From positions 14,632,001 to 14,696,000 of the forward strand of contig OX597834.1 of assembly GCA_951406725.2 (NCBI GenBank): a DNA stretch of 64,000 nucleotides. Direction: 5' to 3'. The position numbers and the translations under genes are program-made. This document shows positions 1 to 14,290 of the stretch, one piece after another. The notes beneath the pieces are model-generated. The model saw only the letters and a list, made by a program, of their open reading frames with translations. It was not told the origin of the DNA and made no database searches. Position 1 is the first letter of the stretch. Every line of letters starts with the position of its first letter. This stretch comes from Octopus vulgaris (lineage: Eukaryota).

Positions 1-114
1 GTGGATTAAATAAGTATCAGTTACGCCCTGGGGTCGATGTAATCGACTTAATCCCCTTTTTTGTCCTTGTTTGTCCCCTCTGTCTTTAGCCCCCTGTGGG
101 CAATAAAGAAATAG
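1..114 (+). mobile_element. SINE group A, 3' half (cut by window edge)
   Basis: GGGGTCGATGTAATCGACTTAATCC...TTTAGCCCCCTGTGGGCAATAAAGAAATAG matches the 3' half of the copy at 29179-29422. Confidence 0.85.
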
Positions 115-1115
115 ATATGTTTTGTCAGTGAAATATGCAATAGATATAGGATACCTCTTAAATATATGAGGTATATGATATGAAGATGTTATGTAAAAAT
201 TAGTAATATAACGCAAAAGAAGCTTTGTTTATTTCAACAAAAATCTCAAAGATTTTTGTAAACAAGGGTATCAGAATATATGGCATTCTAAAATTTTCTG
301 CAATATATTTTAAACTTTGTGAGTTATTGTGCTACTCACAAAAGAGAACACAGCGAAAAAAGCAAAAACAAAACGAGGAAAAACTGTAGTTTAAAACTGT
401 CAACAGAAACTTCAGTAAAGGTAAACAAATCAAGATGAAAAACAATAAAATAGAATTCCCATACTAGAGTTACGCAGCCAGATATTTCCTAGATATTTCA
501 TCATGTTCATAGTTTATAGCAATCTCATTAGTGACCCAAAGGTTTTCAACTTTGAACAATTATTTAAAGCAGAAAATTGAAATGTTGTTTCATGACCTGA
601 AACGTTCTTCATTTGAGTTTTATAAATTTTATATTAACATTTATTTTAAATCATTATTGATTGCTTCTTTCCTTCCTTCTTTCTATATTTTTCCTTTCTT
701 TTTATATATATTTTTTAAAACTATTTTTCATAATTCTCACAGCTTGCAGCCTTATAAATTGCTTCCTTACTATCAGAACAAACAATAAAACTTCTTGGAA
801 TTTAATTACAAATCTCTGTCTAATTTAATTTAATTCACATAAATATATCTTATATATTTTCTATGTTTATTTTCGTTTTTGTTTTTTGTTTGTTTTGTTT
901 TTTGGTTTGTTGTTGATTCTTTTCCATTTTTGCGTTTCATAATCATCGTAATTTTTCTCGCTGCTATTGATTTATTTTTCTTGTTATTTGCCATCTTAGC
1001 ACGATAGAATCGTAGTAAACATCAGGTGAGCCAAGCTGTTTTGATTCCCAGTTAAGTCGTATGATGTCAAAGTTCGTTTCATCTCCTCGACTTTTTTCCT
1101 TATTGTGCTTATACA

Positions 1116-1194
<79 letters not shown>

Positions 1195-1592
1195 TTAAGT
1201 AGATAAATGAATTATCTTATTACGGAAAATTCGAAAGATAACCGATACCTGGGTAGCAAACTCACAACAGAAAGAACACGGTTGAAGTTACGACCATAGG
1301 GCGTATACTCCGTGCCTTAGTGCGGAAATTTGAAGTTTAATTTAATATTATAAGTATAGGAAAGAATGGAGCTGAACGAAGATTTAACAAAATTCCTTTA
1401 TTTTATTTTCGACATATGTTTCGAAGTCTGCAAAATCTCTAATTCCGAAAGAATAAGGAGTCCATTATGCAGCTTTCTCTTCAGGAAAATCCAGGAACTT
1501 CTTTCACCAACAACAGACTTCGAAACATATGTCGAAAATAAAATAAAGGAATTTTGTTAAATCTTCCTTTCAGCTCCATTCTTTCCTATACT

Positions 1593-1594
<2 letters not shown>
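1195..1594 (-). mobile_element. Fold-back hammerhead-bearing element in microsatellite (Penelope-like terminus), family H1
   Basis: Flanked by (TA)n on both sides; ~80 bp inverted arms 1351-1430 and 1514-1594; homologous to 8637-8943. Confidence 0.7.
1405..1490 (-). ncRNA. Type I hammerhead ribozyme motif with long stem II loop
   Basis: Minus strand reads ATTTTC-CTGAAGA-GAAAGCTGCA...TGCAGACTTC-GAAAC-ATAT-GTC-GAAAAT: 6 bp stem I, intact core, palindromic stem III (ACATATGT), GUC triplet. Confidence 0.75.
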
Positions 1595-1681
<87 letters not shown>

Positions 1682-1684
<3 letters not shown>

Positions 1685-1890
1685 TACGGGGATGTACTTG
1701 CATTGTAAGTGACCTGATCTGAGATCGTATGCTGAAACGAAAGCAATTGCAGCGTGGAAGGTGTTTATAGCCCATTTAAGAAACAAACCAAAACAGTTAG
1801 ATTCATTTCAACATTTAAATTTAATTTGCCAAAATATTTTCTTCCCTTTCAGACTGCGACCTGTTCACTGACAAAATTCCGTGCTGCATA
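1682..1890 (-). mobile_element. Microsatellite-embedded short element with hammerhead-like topology and atypical core
   Basis: Lies between (TA)n and (CA)n; minus 1875-1825 reads TTTGTC-AGTGAACAG-GTCGC...GGGAA-GAAA-ATAT-TTT-GGCAAA. Confidence 0.35.
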
Positions 1891-1944
<54 letters not shown>

Positions 1945-2589
1945 CAGGCATATATATATGTATGTGTGTGTGTGTGTGTGTGTGTATGTATATGTATGTA
2001 TATATATATACACGCGCATATATACACACATATTTATATATATGCACCAACTGTTAACCGTTATATACAGACAGACAGGCATACATACACCCACATATAT
2101 ATATCTTATCTTTCATCTTTTATATATTTCAGTAATTTTACCGCGGCCATACTGGAGCACCGCCTATTATGTGTACACACACAACACAAACACACGCAGA
2201 CGTATATCTATGTATGTAAGTATTTATATACCTGTAGACTGAGGTGAAAAAATAATGATTCACCTTAGACCGGTTCTATCCTGTTAAAAATCTATGGAGT
2301 CAAAATTTGTACCAATGTTCCTACAGCTAAATCTAACGCCATTACTGGTGCCTTTGTTGGTGCAGTTGTTCCTGCTATCGATGCTTCTCTGCCTGTTGCG
2401 ATTCCATTACTGGTTATCCATGTTGTTGCCCGAACTAATGCAATTGTTGTTGTCGGTAGATTGATGTTGCTGTCACCGTTCTTCTATTTCCGGTTCCGGG
2501 TACACTTATTTGGCTAAAGACGTTGTTGCCGTGTTTTTTTTTTTCTTCTTCCTGGCAGTGTTGTTGTTACTCTTATTCGATTACTTTCA

Positions 2590-2760
2590 CTTGTTGTGAA
2601 GCCATTGAAAAATATTGGTGTTGTGGCATGTGAGAAGCTTTTCTAACGATATTGTTCTTATTGTTGTTGTTGTTGTTGCTGCTGCTGTTGTTGTTCATAA
2701 TGGTGTTGCTATTGGTGTTGTTCCTGTTGCTGTTGTTGTCGCTGTTGTTGTTCTTGTTGC

Positions 2761-2797
<37 letters not shown>

Positions 2798-3025
2798 GAT
2801 AATGGTGTTGTTGTTGCCTTTTTTGTTGTTACTGTTCTTGTTGTCGTTGGTGGTGGTGGAGGTGGTGGTGGTGTTAATGCTGTTGCTTATTATGTTGATA
2901 TTGTAGCTGTTACTGTTGTTGTTGTAGATAGTGTTGTTGTTGTTCTTGCTATTGTTGCTGTTGATATTGTTGCTAACGTAGCTGGTGCTGCCGTTCCTGT
3001 TTTTGTTGTTGTTGTTGCTGTTGCT
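2590..3025. repeat. Degenerate (GTT/GCT/GGT)n trinucleotide tract
   Basis: Read directly; source of the poly-N/V/L ORFs. Confidence 0.95.
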
Positions 3026-3196
3026 GACGCCGCCATACCCGACATTCTTTCCCTCCTTGCTTTCGCTCCCAATCAACAGCCGTTTTATATTATCAACTCA
3101 TGCAACGTTCTCTCTAGACCACCTTTCTTCTATCATTCCCAATTGTGCAGTTGAATCACTCTTTTATTCTTGTATTCTGCTACTCATTTCAATCAT

Positions 3197-3653
3197 TTAC
3201 TCTTTTACTCTTTTACCTGTTTCAGTCATTTGACTGCGGCCATGCTGGAGCACCGCCTTTAATCGAGCAACTCAACCCTGGGGCTTATTCTTTGTAATAT
3301 TCTTTGTAAGCCTTGTACTTATTCTACCGGTCTCTTTTGCCGAACCGCTCGCTTACGTGGACGGAAACACACCAAAAACGGTTGTCAAGCGATGTTGGGG
3401 GAAAACCTAGTCACACACAAACAACACCCCCCATATATATATATACTCTTTTACTCTTTTACTTGTTTCAGTCATATGACTGCGGCCATGATGGAGCACC
3501 GCCCCCAATCAAGCAACTCAACCCCAGGACTCATCCTTTTGTAAGTCCAGTACAGTCTCTTTTGCCGAACCGCTAAGTAACGGGGACATAAACACACCAA
3601 CATCGGTTGTCAAGCAATGCCAGGGGAACAAACACAGACACACAAACACACAT

Positions 3654-3711
<58 letters not shown>

Positions 3712-4056
3712 GAGGGGCTTCATTCAGTTTCCGTCTACCAAATCCACTCACAAGGCTTTGTTCGGCCCGAGGCTATAGTAGAAGACATTTGTCCAAAGTG
3801 CCACGCAGTGGGACTGAACCCGGAACCAAGTGGTTGATAAAGAAGCTACTTACCACACCACACAGCCACTCTGTATGTATATGTATGTGTGTGTATAAGT
3901 TTGTGTGTCTGTATTTGTCCCCTCAACATCGCTTCACAACCGATGCTGGTGTGTTTACGTCCCCGACACGTAATGCTTCGGTAAGAGGGACCGAGAGAAT
4001 AAGTCGATTTGCTCCAGCATGGCCGCAGTCAAATGACTGAAACAAATTAAAGAATA
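3197..4056. mobile_element. Cluster of three SINE group B pieces (3197-3430 minus partial, 3444-3871 minus near full, 3872-4056 plus partial)
   Basis: All share the GCTCCAGCATGGCCGCAGTCAAATGACTGAAAC-type tail; the near-full copy has the GTGAGTGGATTTGGTAGACGGAAACTGAA body. Confidence 0.9.
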
Positions 4057-4422
4057 ACGTTTGGATGCTTTCGCGAATCTGCATATTCCAATATGACTCA
4101 AGTAAAAGACCCCTAACATATGACTGTATTTCAAGAGGAAGCCCTATTTGTATCGGTGTAGTCATAATTCCTCTCTGATATGTCTCATATACAGGAAGAC
4201 GGTATTGACCTGTAAAGGTAACAATGTGATTACGTATTCCATGGCATTCTTATCGCCTCACTATTTTGCCTTAAGCATTCTAAGGACCCTCATTGTTTCT
4301 GTGGTTCTTGTTGGAACATGAGGTCTTCTATTTTCGTCGATGACTTACCTTTAAAATTTGTATTGCTGCATCGTCTCCAGTTTCTGTTTTGTATATAGGT
4401 TATCATTATTAATATTAATTTC

Positions 4423-5070
4423 AAATTTCGGCACAAGGCCAGTAGTTTTGCGTGGGGAAGTAAGTCGATTACATTGACCGGAATGCTCACCTGCTACGGC
4501 TTTTACGGACTCCGAGTGTTTTAAAGGCAACGTCGACCTCAGTGGAATCTTAGCTCAGAACACGGAGACAGACGGGATGCCGTGAAACGTTTTGTTCGTG
4601 ATATCGTTTCTGCCATGTCACCTCCTATATTATGATTAATATTGGTTTAACAGTTTAGCAGAAGTCCAGGAAATTTGGGGTAGGAACTCAATCGATTGCA
4701 TTGACCCCTGTACTCAGCTGATTGTTATTTTACCGATCCTGAAATGATAAAAGGCGGAATCGTAACACAGAACATAAAGATGAATAAAATGCCGCTAAGC
4801 ATTTTGCCTGGTGTTGTAACAGTTCTGTCAACTGATCGCTTTTATTATTATTAATAGTAAAGATGGAAGCAAGCTGGCAATAATCGTTAGCACGTTAGAC
4901 GAAATTCTTAGTGCTATTTCGCTGTCATTTTGTTCTGTGTTCAAATTCCGCCGAGGTTGACTCTACCTGTCATCCTTTCGAGATCGATAAATTAAGTACC
5001 AGTCAAGGGGTCGATGTAATCGATCATCTCCCTCCCACAAAATTAGGGCGTTGTGCCTCTAATGGAAAGG
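4423..5070. mobile_element. Three old SINE group A copies (two minus, one plus)
   Basis: Degenerate GTTCAAATTCCGCCGAGGTCGACTTTGCCTTTCATCC core with the older CCTTGTGCC-type tail. Confidence 0.75.
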
Positions 5071-5974
5071 ATTACTATTAATATTAAGATGGCAAGGTTG
5101 GCGTTTTTCATGAATTTGACATTTTGATGTTGGAGCTGTGAAGCGGGTCTCAAAAGTACACTTAAACGACCCCTTACTAAAAGCAAATGACATTTAAGCT
5201 GCGATCACCGTAACCAAGGGATCAGTTTACATTAAATTATCTAAGGGGACACTTATTAAAGATGATTTGGTATATTTTGAAGGATATATTGTTCAGCAAC
5301 ACGCACTGTAGATTATATTTCCTTATATGCCATTATCTTAACAGTATAACTTCGTTTCAGGTAAAATTGGCAGCTGTATTCGATAGATCAGCGAACAGAT
5401 CGAGCTAATTTTCAAGACAAAAGCCCCAAAGACCATATCAGGTTCGGAAAATATATTATCAGAAGGCCATGAGCTTTGCTCAAACGATTAAATAGATGCA
5501 GAATAAAATATATCCGTATATAGTTATATATTACACTGTCAGATTAAAACGTATATTTTTCTTACTTGCCGTTCCAACGTTAAATGTCTATAAATAGTTA
5601 AAATATACTGAAGTTTCAAATGTTATACGCAAAAGATATAGAGAAAGAATCGAGCAACAGAAAATGTAAAAGACTTCAATAAAAATACTTTTTTCTATTG
5701 GTGGAAATAGCACAGGAAATTATGGATGTAAACAGAAAAGAAATGAAAGAATAGAATTATTCTGATAACTCAGTATAATTATAGCTATATATGTCTTAAA
5801 TTGGTAAATGAATGTGTTAAAAAGGTGTCCATTGGTAAAGAATAAAATCGCCTTATCGAGGAGGGGACCATTTCAAAAACCTGGGAGCTGTGACAACATT
5901 CATTTAGATAAGACGGGTATTTGGCATTTAGTTTTTGTGTGAAAAATAACTGTTTTACGTTTCTGCCAGAATTA

Positions 5975-6189
5975 TTTTCTACTGTAGGCAGAAGGCTCGA
6001 AATGTTTCGGGAGGGAACTAGTCGATAAGATCGACCCCAGTACCGAACTGGTACTTATCTTATCGACTCCGGAAGGATGAAAAGCAAAGTCGAGTTGGGC
6101 AGAATTTGAACTTAGTACGTAAAGACAGACGAAATTTCGCTAAGCACTTCGCCATGCATGCAACCGTTTCTGCCAAGCTCGCCGCCTTA
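5975..6189 (-). mobile_element. SINE group A, old-tail subfamily
   Basis: GGATGAAAAGCAAAGTCGAG...AGAATTTGAACTTAG...CTGCCAAGCTCGCCGCCTT. Confidence 0.85.
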
Positions 6190-6537
6190 AAAAGAAGGAA
6201 ATCTTGAATAAAGCAGGATCAGAAACAAAATGAAGTTAAGATATCGTCACGAATATATATCTACATTGCCACAGATCAGAAATCAAGGCTTATCTAAGAC
6301 GACACGACACATAAAACGACACGTAAAGCAAATATTGTTTAACAGTATATATTGCAATATATTTGTAGAGATATTGGGCAAAATAGATTATTTATACCCC
6401 TTTGAAATGGAAAATAAGAGATAAAAAACGACAGGCCATACAACGGGAATAGAACTGAAGTAACGAGTAACGAGTCAACTTGTTTATATACGGCTTTCTA
6501 TACGAATGTATATCTATCTTTATATGGGATTTACATC

Positions 6538-6584
<47 letters not shown>

Positions 6585-6829
6585 CATGCATGTGTGTGTT
6601 TGTCTATTGGGTAACTATAAATAAGTATGTACGCCACATCACCTTTTCAAAATGACTATGTGATCATCCTCTCCGCTGAACACAAATGAGAAATTATACA
6701 CCCAGCTAGTAATGAGATAATTAAAGATTTTTAACTCCTCAATAGCGATGTGACTATATCGTTATCAGTATGTTCAAGATATAATATTGCTACATAATCC
6801 GCTATGTATGTATATGTATATATTTATGT

Positions 6830-6873
<44 letters not shown>

Positions 6874-7128
6874 GTTTGCATGTGTGTATTCTTATGTATA
6901 TATATATATATACATACGTATTTCTTTAAGTATATATTATAAACATACCTCTGCTCGCATATACATACGCACGCATGAATATATCTGTATAAAGATATAT
7001 ATGTGCTTGTGTTTGTGTGTGTCTGTGTGTGTGTGTAGGGAGACATAGACAGAGAGATAGATACATTGATTGATAGATAGATAAATAGATAGATAGATAC
7101 ATATCTGATATATGCTTATATATTATAC

Positions 7129-7184
<56 letters not shown>

Positions 7185-7220
7185 ATATATATATACATAT
7201 ATATATCCATATATATATCT

Positions 7221-7286
<66 letters not shown>

Positions 7287-7621
7287 GTAGATAATAACAG
7301 GAGGATAGATGAACATATAAAGCTGTTTGTCCTACTCAATGGCTCAGTGAAGTTTGATATAATCAGAACGTCAAAAGAGCCAAGATCAGAAAGTTTGAAC
7401 ACAAAAGAACTTCATTAAAGACTTAAATAATAAGGAATCGTATTCAATTATACGGATATCAACCATGAAAGCAGAAATTCAGCTTGATTGAAATCAGACG
7501 CTGCAAAGAAATCAGTCATCCCCATTCAGTTATCTACTTATATGTAGAATAACATCACGCGTAAATCACACATACGTATATACGTAAACGATTGTGTGTG
7601 TAACGTATATATACATATTTG

Positions 7622-7678
<57 letters not shown>

Positions 7679-7763
7679 ATTTATATATATATATAGATAT
7701 ATATATATATAGGTACATGTCTATATATATAGATAGATATAGATATAGATATATACATGTATC

Positions 7764-7820
<57 letters not shown>

Positions 7821-8018
7821 ATATATATATAAACACATACATACAGCGATAGATAATTATATGTATATGAATATATATATATATATATCTCTTTACATAT
7901 GCATATATACATAAACACGCACGCACGTATACACACATATATATTTATATTATATGTATATATATACACATATCTATTTATATATATATATACATATATA
8001 TATACATATATATATATT

Positions 8019-8105
<87 letters not shown>

Positions 8106-8529
8106 CAGAGTGTGAAATTGAGCTGGTCTTATCTGCATAGATATCCATACATATATATGAGACTGGTAGGAAAATAGCACACACATAGATATAATGATAT
8201 CTATATGTTGAATATATAAACAATGAAAATGTCTTATAATACTCACTTGTAAATTCGCTCAGAGATTTCGGCGATATTGTTACTAAGACTGATAACAGTG
8301 GTCACGTGTTGGAACATGCATGTTTTCATAGACCGTTCATAGTCATCTACATATATGTATGTGAAGATCGAATAATCGGTCTTTTTCGGAGGACTTTCGG
8401 GCCTGCGCCTATGGATAACTCGCAGAAATCTCTTGCCTGGCATTGCTAACGTGTGGTGCTGCCTGTTCGATAAAACTTTACAGGCACGGAAGTTCCGTCA
8501 GCTGGGCTTGCTCGAGGTGCGCCCAGAGG

Positions 8530-8979
<450 letters not shown>

Positions 8980-9699
8980 TTATGTATGTTTGTATGTATG
9001 TATAGATTGATGGATGTATGCATGTATATTTGCATGTAGGGTTATATGTATATATATGCATGTGCGCAAATAAATATATGTTTATGCATATTCCCTACAC
9101 AGAAACATCATATAAAGTTTTGTCTTCATGTTTTATATGCAAATATACACACATATGCCCTTGCGCAAGTGACAATGCGAAAGAAAGACAGACAGACAGA
9201 CAGAGCAACTGTGCGTGTACATGTGTGTGTATGCGTGTGTAAATGCGTGTATGCGCGTGTGAGTGTGTGTGTGTGCGTGTGTTTGTCTGTTTGTGTGTCT
9301 ATGTGCATGTATGTATGCATAGATACAATAGAAAACCATTATTTTTATACAAGTGCTTTTAATGCTCTAGGGAATATATCGTAATGTGCCGAGGTTTTCT
9401 TGTAAACTTCAGTTTGAGTTTTTTCATACAAACACTTCTAGTAAAATTTTCTCCACAACAACGGGAATGTACTGTACTTTGTATAAAGTAATTTCAGTTG
9501 ATAATTAACACTTAAATACAAATTGTTCGAAGCATCGTCAGTGTCTGTATTTAGGTCTTTGACAGGTCAAAGAACGGCATTTTCACCAAAAGTCGAGATA
9601 GGTTCGATTTGTAATTCTGCTTATGTCAATAATGTAACGATACTGTTTTCCACTTTTAAGGAGGCGGCCAGTCGACTAGACCAACTTCAGTATGCAACC

Positions 9700-9925
9700 G
9701 GAATTTAATTTATCGACCCCGAAAGGATGAAATCAAACAAGGACCGACAAACGGATTAAGTCGATTATATCGACCCCAGTGCGTAACTAGTAGTTATTTC
9801 ATCGACCCCAAAAGGATGAAGGGCAAAGTCGACCTCGGCGGAATTTGAACTCAGAACGTAACGGCAGACGAAATACCGCTAAACATTTCGCCCGGCATGT
9901 TACCGTTTCTGCCAGCCCCTCGCCT
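9700..9925 (-). mobile_element. SINE group A with partial duplication
   Basis: ATCGACCCC...GGATGAA occurs twice; head CTGCCAGCCCCTCGCC. Confidence 0.85.
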
Positions 9926-10396
9926 TCAATAACGTAACAATATTGTATAACCAAATAGCACTTGGTGTACCTATAGATCCACGTTCCGGTAAGAACCAAT
10001 CAGCTTTTATGATGATATTTCCCGAATATCATTTTGCCGATGGCACGTCACACCAGTCACGATTTAAAATGAAACAACAAACATAACCAAATTTATCGAA
10101 TATACTGGGAGAGAGAAATGACAACGCATATTATCACTCCTGCTCCTGAAAGGTGATGTTGCTTATCCTGTATTACATCTGCTACTACTCCTTCTCTTGC
10201 ACCTGTCCGTGTTGTTTGTCGCTATAGCAACGACACTCAGGCATACAGATTAAAGAGAAGAACCAATATCACTATAACTACGGCTTACCACTATTTCTAA
10301 GACTCGTCCATGTGTCTGTTGTTTCTAATCGCGAGACTACTTCAGCCACTCTTACCTCTAAATTTGGATGCTACTATTTAATAGCCCATGTCTAAG

Positions 10397-10801
10397 TCTT
10401 TACTCTTTTACTCTTTTACATGTTTCGGTCAATTGACTGCGGCCATGCTGGAGCACCGCCTTTAGTCGAGCAAATAGACCCCCGGGACTTATTCTTTGTA
10501 CTTATTCTATCGCTCTCTTTTGCCGAACCGCTAAGTGACGGGGACGTAAACACACCAGCGTCGGTTGTCAAGCAATACTAGGGGGACAAACACAGACACA
10601 CAAACACATACATATATATATATATATATACATATATACGACAGGCTTCTTTCAGTTTCCGTCTACCAAATCCACGCATAAGGCATTGGTTGGTCCGGGG
10701 CTATAGCAGAATACACTTGCCCAAGATGCCACGCAGTGGGACTGAACCCGGAACCATGTGGTTGGTCAGCAAGCTACTTACCACACAGCCACTCCTGCGC
10801 C
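10397..10801 (-). mobile_element. SINE group B, full length
   Basis: tRNA-like head GGCGCAGGAGTGGCTGTGTGG (A box) and GGTTCAGTCCC (B box), internal (TA)n(TG)n, (TAAAAGAG)n tail. Confidence 0.92.
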
Positions 10802-10919
10802 TAATAATAATAATAACAATAATGAAAGCCATGTGCCATTACAAACATTATTACTTCAACCTCTATTGCCACAGATAACGCAGAAGCTAAAACCCTTGCT
10901 TCTAATTGTCACTACAGCC

Positions 10920-11706
10920 ACCTTAACAGTTGGAAGAATGCAATCTGAGTCAATGTTTCTTTTGGCTGTCTCCACACGTATATTCGGCCCGTGATTGGAA
11001 ATAAGGTAAAGGATGACTTGTCCGAGAAAATAGCATTTTTCCACTGCTCTAGGGACCAATTTTTATTCCAATCTAAACGCTTTGCAACGTTTATTTCTGA
11101 AAGTAGTGGTTTCCTCATTGCAGCCCTCCCATAAAATCAGGACTTGTGCAGCTCTCGGCGAACAGTTTTTTTTTCTTCTGCAAATGGTTTTTTTAAAATC
11201 AATAATAAATCTCTGAACGAGATGTAAACAGTAACTGCACGGCAACGTAAAGTATAATAGCCATCTCAATACGGCTAACCACTAAGGGTGGGTGTTACTG
11301 TAGCTTTTAGCCCCAGGAGATCATCGTTTCCAGCTGGCGTTAGGCACACTTTCTGTGCCTTATGGTACTTGCAAAGGGAGGTCATCCATTTGGTTGACGG
11401 GAGAGGGATGACCTCATTTTGCAAATACCATAATTGGTCATTAAGCTCTGCAGTAATTTTCAGAGCAGTACTTTTGTGATCTTTGCTAACAATTGGCGTA
11501 CGAGTCCGATGGTTCCTATCTGCAAGTTTTGCTTTTCTTCCGAAGTTTGGTTTTGACGAGGACCTTTTTCCCCTCTTTCTCAAAGGCTGCCATTATTTTC
11601 GAGTCGGTACTTCTTGATATGACAACCATTTCGGTTGTTTTGTTACGCTAGGGAGTGCCATACGAGAACCAACAATTTAACCTCTTTGAAAGTCCGATAC
11701 ATCTGT
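10920..11706 (-). pseudogene. Decayed Tc1-family transposase (HTH region to first catalytic Asp), interrupted
   Basis: Fragments GRKAKLADRNHRTRTPIVSKDHKSTALKITAELND, RKPLLS...WSLEQWKNAIFSDKSSF...RIYVWR and CILPTVK match Tc1 motifs (W..V.FSDES.F); frameshifts and stops. Confidence 0.85.
11246..11430 (-). mobile_element. Short insert (probable truncated retroposon 3' end) inside the Tc1 remnant
   Basis: Breaks the transposase right after AELNDQL; its ~65 bp end also occurs inside the Helitron at 28356-28422. Confidence 0.55.
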
Positions 11707-11831
11707 AATTTTAATGAATTTTATTTACCATTTCCTGATGATATCTGAAAAGAAACAGCAATTTTAGGAAAACATATTAGCAGCACTAATAATACATAAA
11801 AAACATGAAACAATATACAATATTTTGACGG

Positions 11832-11873
<42 letters not shown>

Positions 11874-11874
11874 A

Positions 11875-12504
11875 CATGTGTGTGTTTTTGTGTCTGTGTT
11901 CCCCCACCCACTATCGCTTGACAACCGATGTTGGTGTGTTTACGTCCCCGTAACTTAGTGGCTCGTCAAAAGACACCGATGGCATCAGTGCTAGGATTAC
12001 AAAGAATAAATCCTGGGTTCTATTTGTTCGACTGAAGGCGGTGCTCCTTCATGGCCGCAGTTAAATGACTAAAACGAATAAAAGAATAAATATTTATATA
12101 TATATAGGCGCAGGAGTGGCTGTGTGGTAAGTAGCTTGCTAACCAACCACATGGTTCTGGGTGTCTTCTGGGCAAGTGTCTTCTGCTATAGCCCCGGGCC
12201 GACCAATGCCTTGTGAGTGGATTTGGTAGACGGAAACTAAAAGAAGCCTGTCGTATATGTGTATATATATGTATGTGTGTGTGTTTGTGTGTCTGTGTTT
12301 GTCCCCTTAGCATTGCTTGACAACCGATGCTGGTGTATTTACGTCTCCGTCACTTAGCGGTTCGGCAAAAAGAGACCGATAGAATAAGTACTGGACTTAC
12401 AAAGAATAAGTCTCAGGGTTGATTTGCTCGACTAAAGGCGGTGCTCCATCATGGCCGCAGTCAAATGACTGAAATAAGTAAAAGAGTAAAAGAGAAAAGA
12501 GTAA
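11875..12504 (+). mobile_element. SINE group B 3' half (11875-12090) plus near full copy (12107-12504)
   Basis: Same head, body and tail as 10397-10801, opposite orientation. Confidence 0.92.
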
Positions 12505-12533
12505 ATATATATGTATATATGCATATATGTATG

Positions 12534-12589
<56 letters not shown>

Positions 12590-12941
12590 GCTGTATATAT
12601 GTATATAAATGTGTATGTAATACAAAATACAATTTATAAATACGTAGGAATACAGATGTTCTACACAATATTATACGTTATTTTACTAACTCAACACAGG
12701 AAGGAAGTTCTATACTACAACAGAAAAACAGACACACACCAACCAAAAGTGAGTTGATATTCACATTCTTGCAGCGCTATTATGAAATTCTGCAAAGGAG
12801 AAAAATGTTTGGTTTTCTTAAACGCATCGCTTCCACATAGTTAAATATCATTATAGCCTAAGAGTTATTGCACTGAGTAACATCACAATCAAATTAGATT
12901 TTCATAGTTAAATATAACTTCAGGCGTGTGAGAATTGTATG

Positions 12942-13028
<87 letters not shown>

Positions 13029-13247
13029 ATGTGTGTATATGTGTGTGTATATTTCTATATATGTATTTATATATATATATATATAGATGTGTGTCTGTGT
13101 GAGTGTAAGTGTGTGCGTATATATATATATATATGAATATATATATATATATACATATATATACATATATATATATGCATATATATATGTGTGTGTGTAT
13201 GCACACTTGCACCCATGCATGCATACATGTCCGCATGTGCGCACGCT

Positions 13248-13325
<78 letters not shown>

Positions 13326-13392
13326 TAGATAGATAGATAGATAAATAGATAGATCGATAGATACATACATACATACATGCATACATACATAT

Positions 13393-13423
<31 letters not shown>

Positions 13424-13579
13424 AACGCATATTGAGAGACATGAATTCATTTATAGTTTTTTTTATTCTTCTATCTATATTTTTGTATTCTTTTATTCTT
13501 TCATTTATTTCAGACATTTGACAGCGGCCATTTCTTTATATAAAAATACAAAGATATAGACATGTAAGTACCTTCACTC

Positions 13580-13693
<114 letters not shown>

Positions 13694-13989
13694 TTATACA
13701 TGCATATAGACACACGTATATGTGGAATGATAGGAATATCTATATATATCATGCAGAATATACAATACTAATACAGGTGTATGTATGTATCTTACAGTTG
13801 TATACCATTCAAATGGTATATATAAAACATTTCTATACGTGATTTATGATGATCTTTTCTGAATTCCGCCATTAATTTTATTCTTTGTCTGTCTACTTTG
13901 GCTAGTTTATTTTGTGTCCAGTTTAGAATATAAATATTTTATCTGTACCTTATAACAGTGACAGATAGAGTGTTGATATCTGTTACCTC

Positions 13990-14290
13990 TTTTCCGAAAG
14001 GATGAAAGGCAAAGACGACCTCGGCGGAATTTGAACTCAGAACGTAACGGCAGACGAAATGCCTTCTTTACTACCCACAAGGAGCTAAACATAGAGGGGA
14101 CAAACAAGAACAGACATAGGTATTAAGTTGATTACATCGACCCCAGTGCGTAATGGTACTTAATCTATCGACGCCGAAGGGATGAAAGGCAAAGTCGACC
14201 TCGGCGGAATTTTAACGCAGAATGTAACGGCAGACGAAATACCGCTAAATATTTCCAGGCGTGCAAACGTTTCTGCCAGCTCGCCGCCTT
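13990..14290 (-). mobile_element. SINE group A head-to-tail dimer
   Basis: Core repeated twice, junction GAAATGCC|TTCTTTACTACCC near 14063. Confidence 0.88.

Noticed and set aside
2573-3154. Poly-N/V/L ORFs resembling low-complexity or membrane proteins
   Set aside because: Degenerate (GTT)n tract open in several frames on both strands
10690-10878. Recurrent ORFs such as RGYSRRHLPKMPRSGTEPGTMWLVSKLL
   Set aside because: Antisense translations of SINE B, repeated in every copy with frameshifts
11270-11350. Possible HDV-like or twister ribozyme
   Set aside because: Some helices form but the P1.1/L3 or pseudoknot pairings and conserved residues could not be placed
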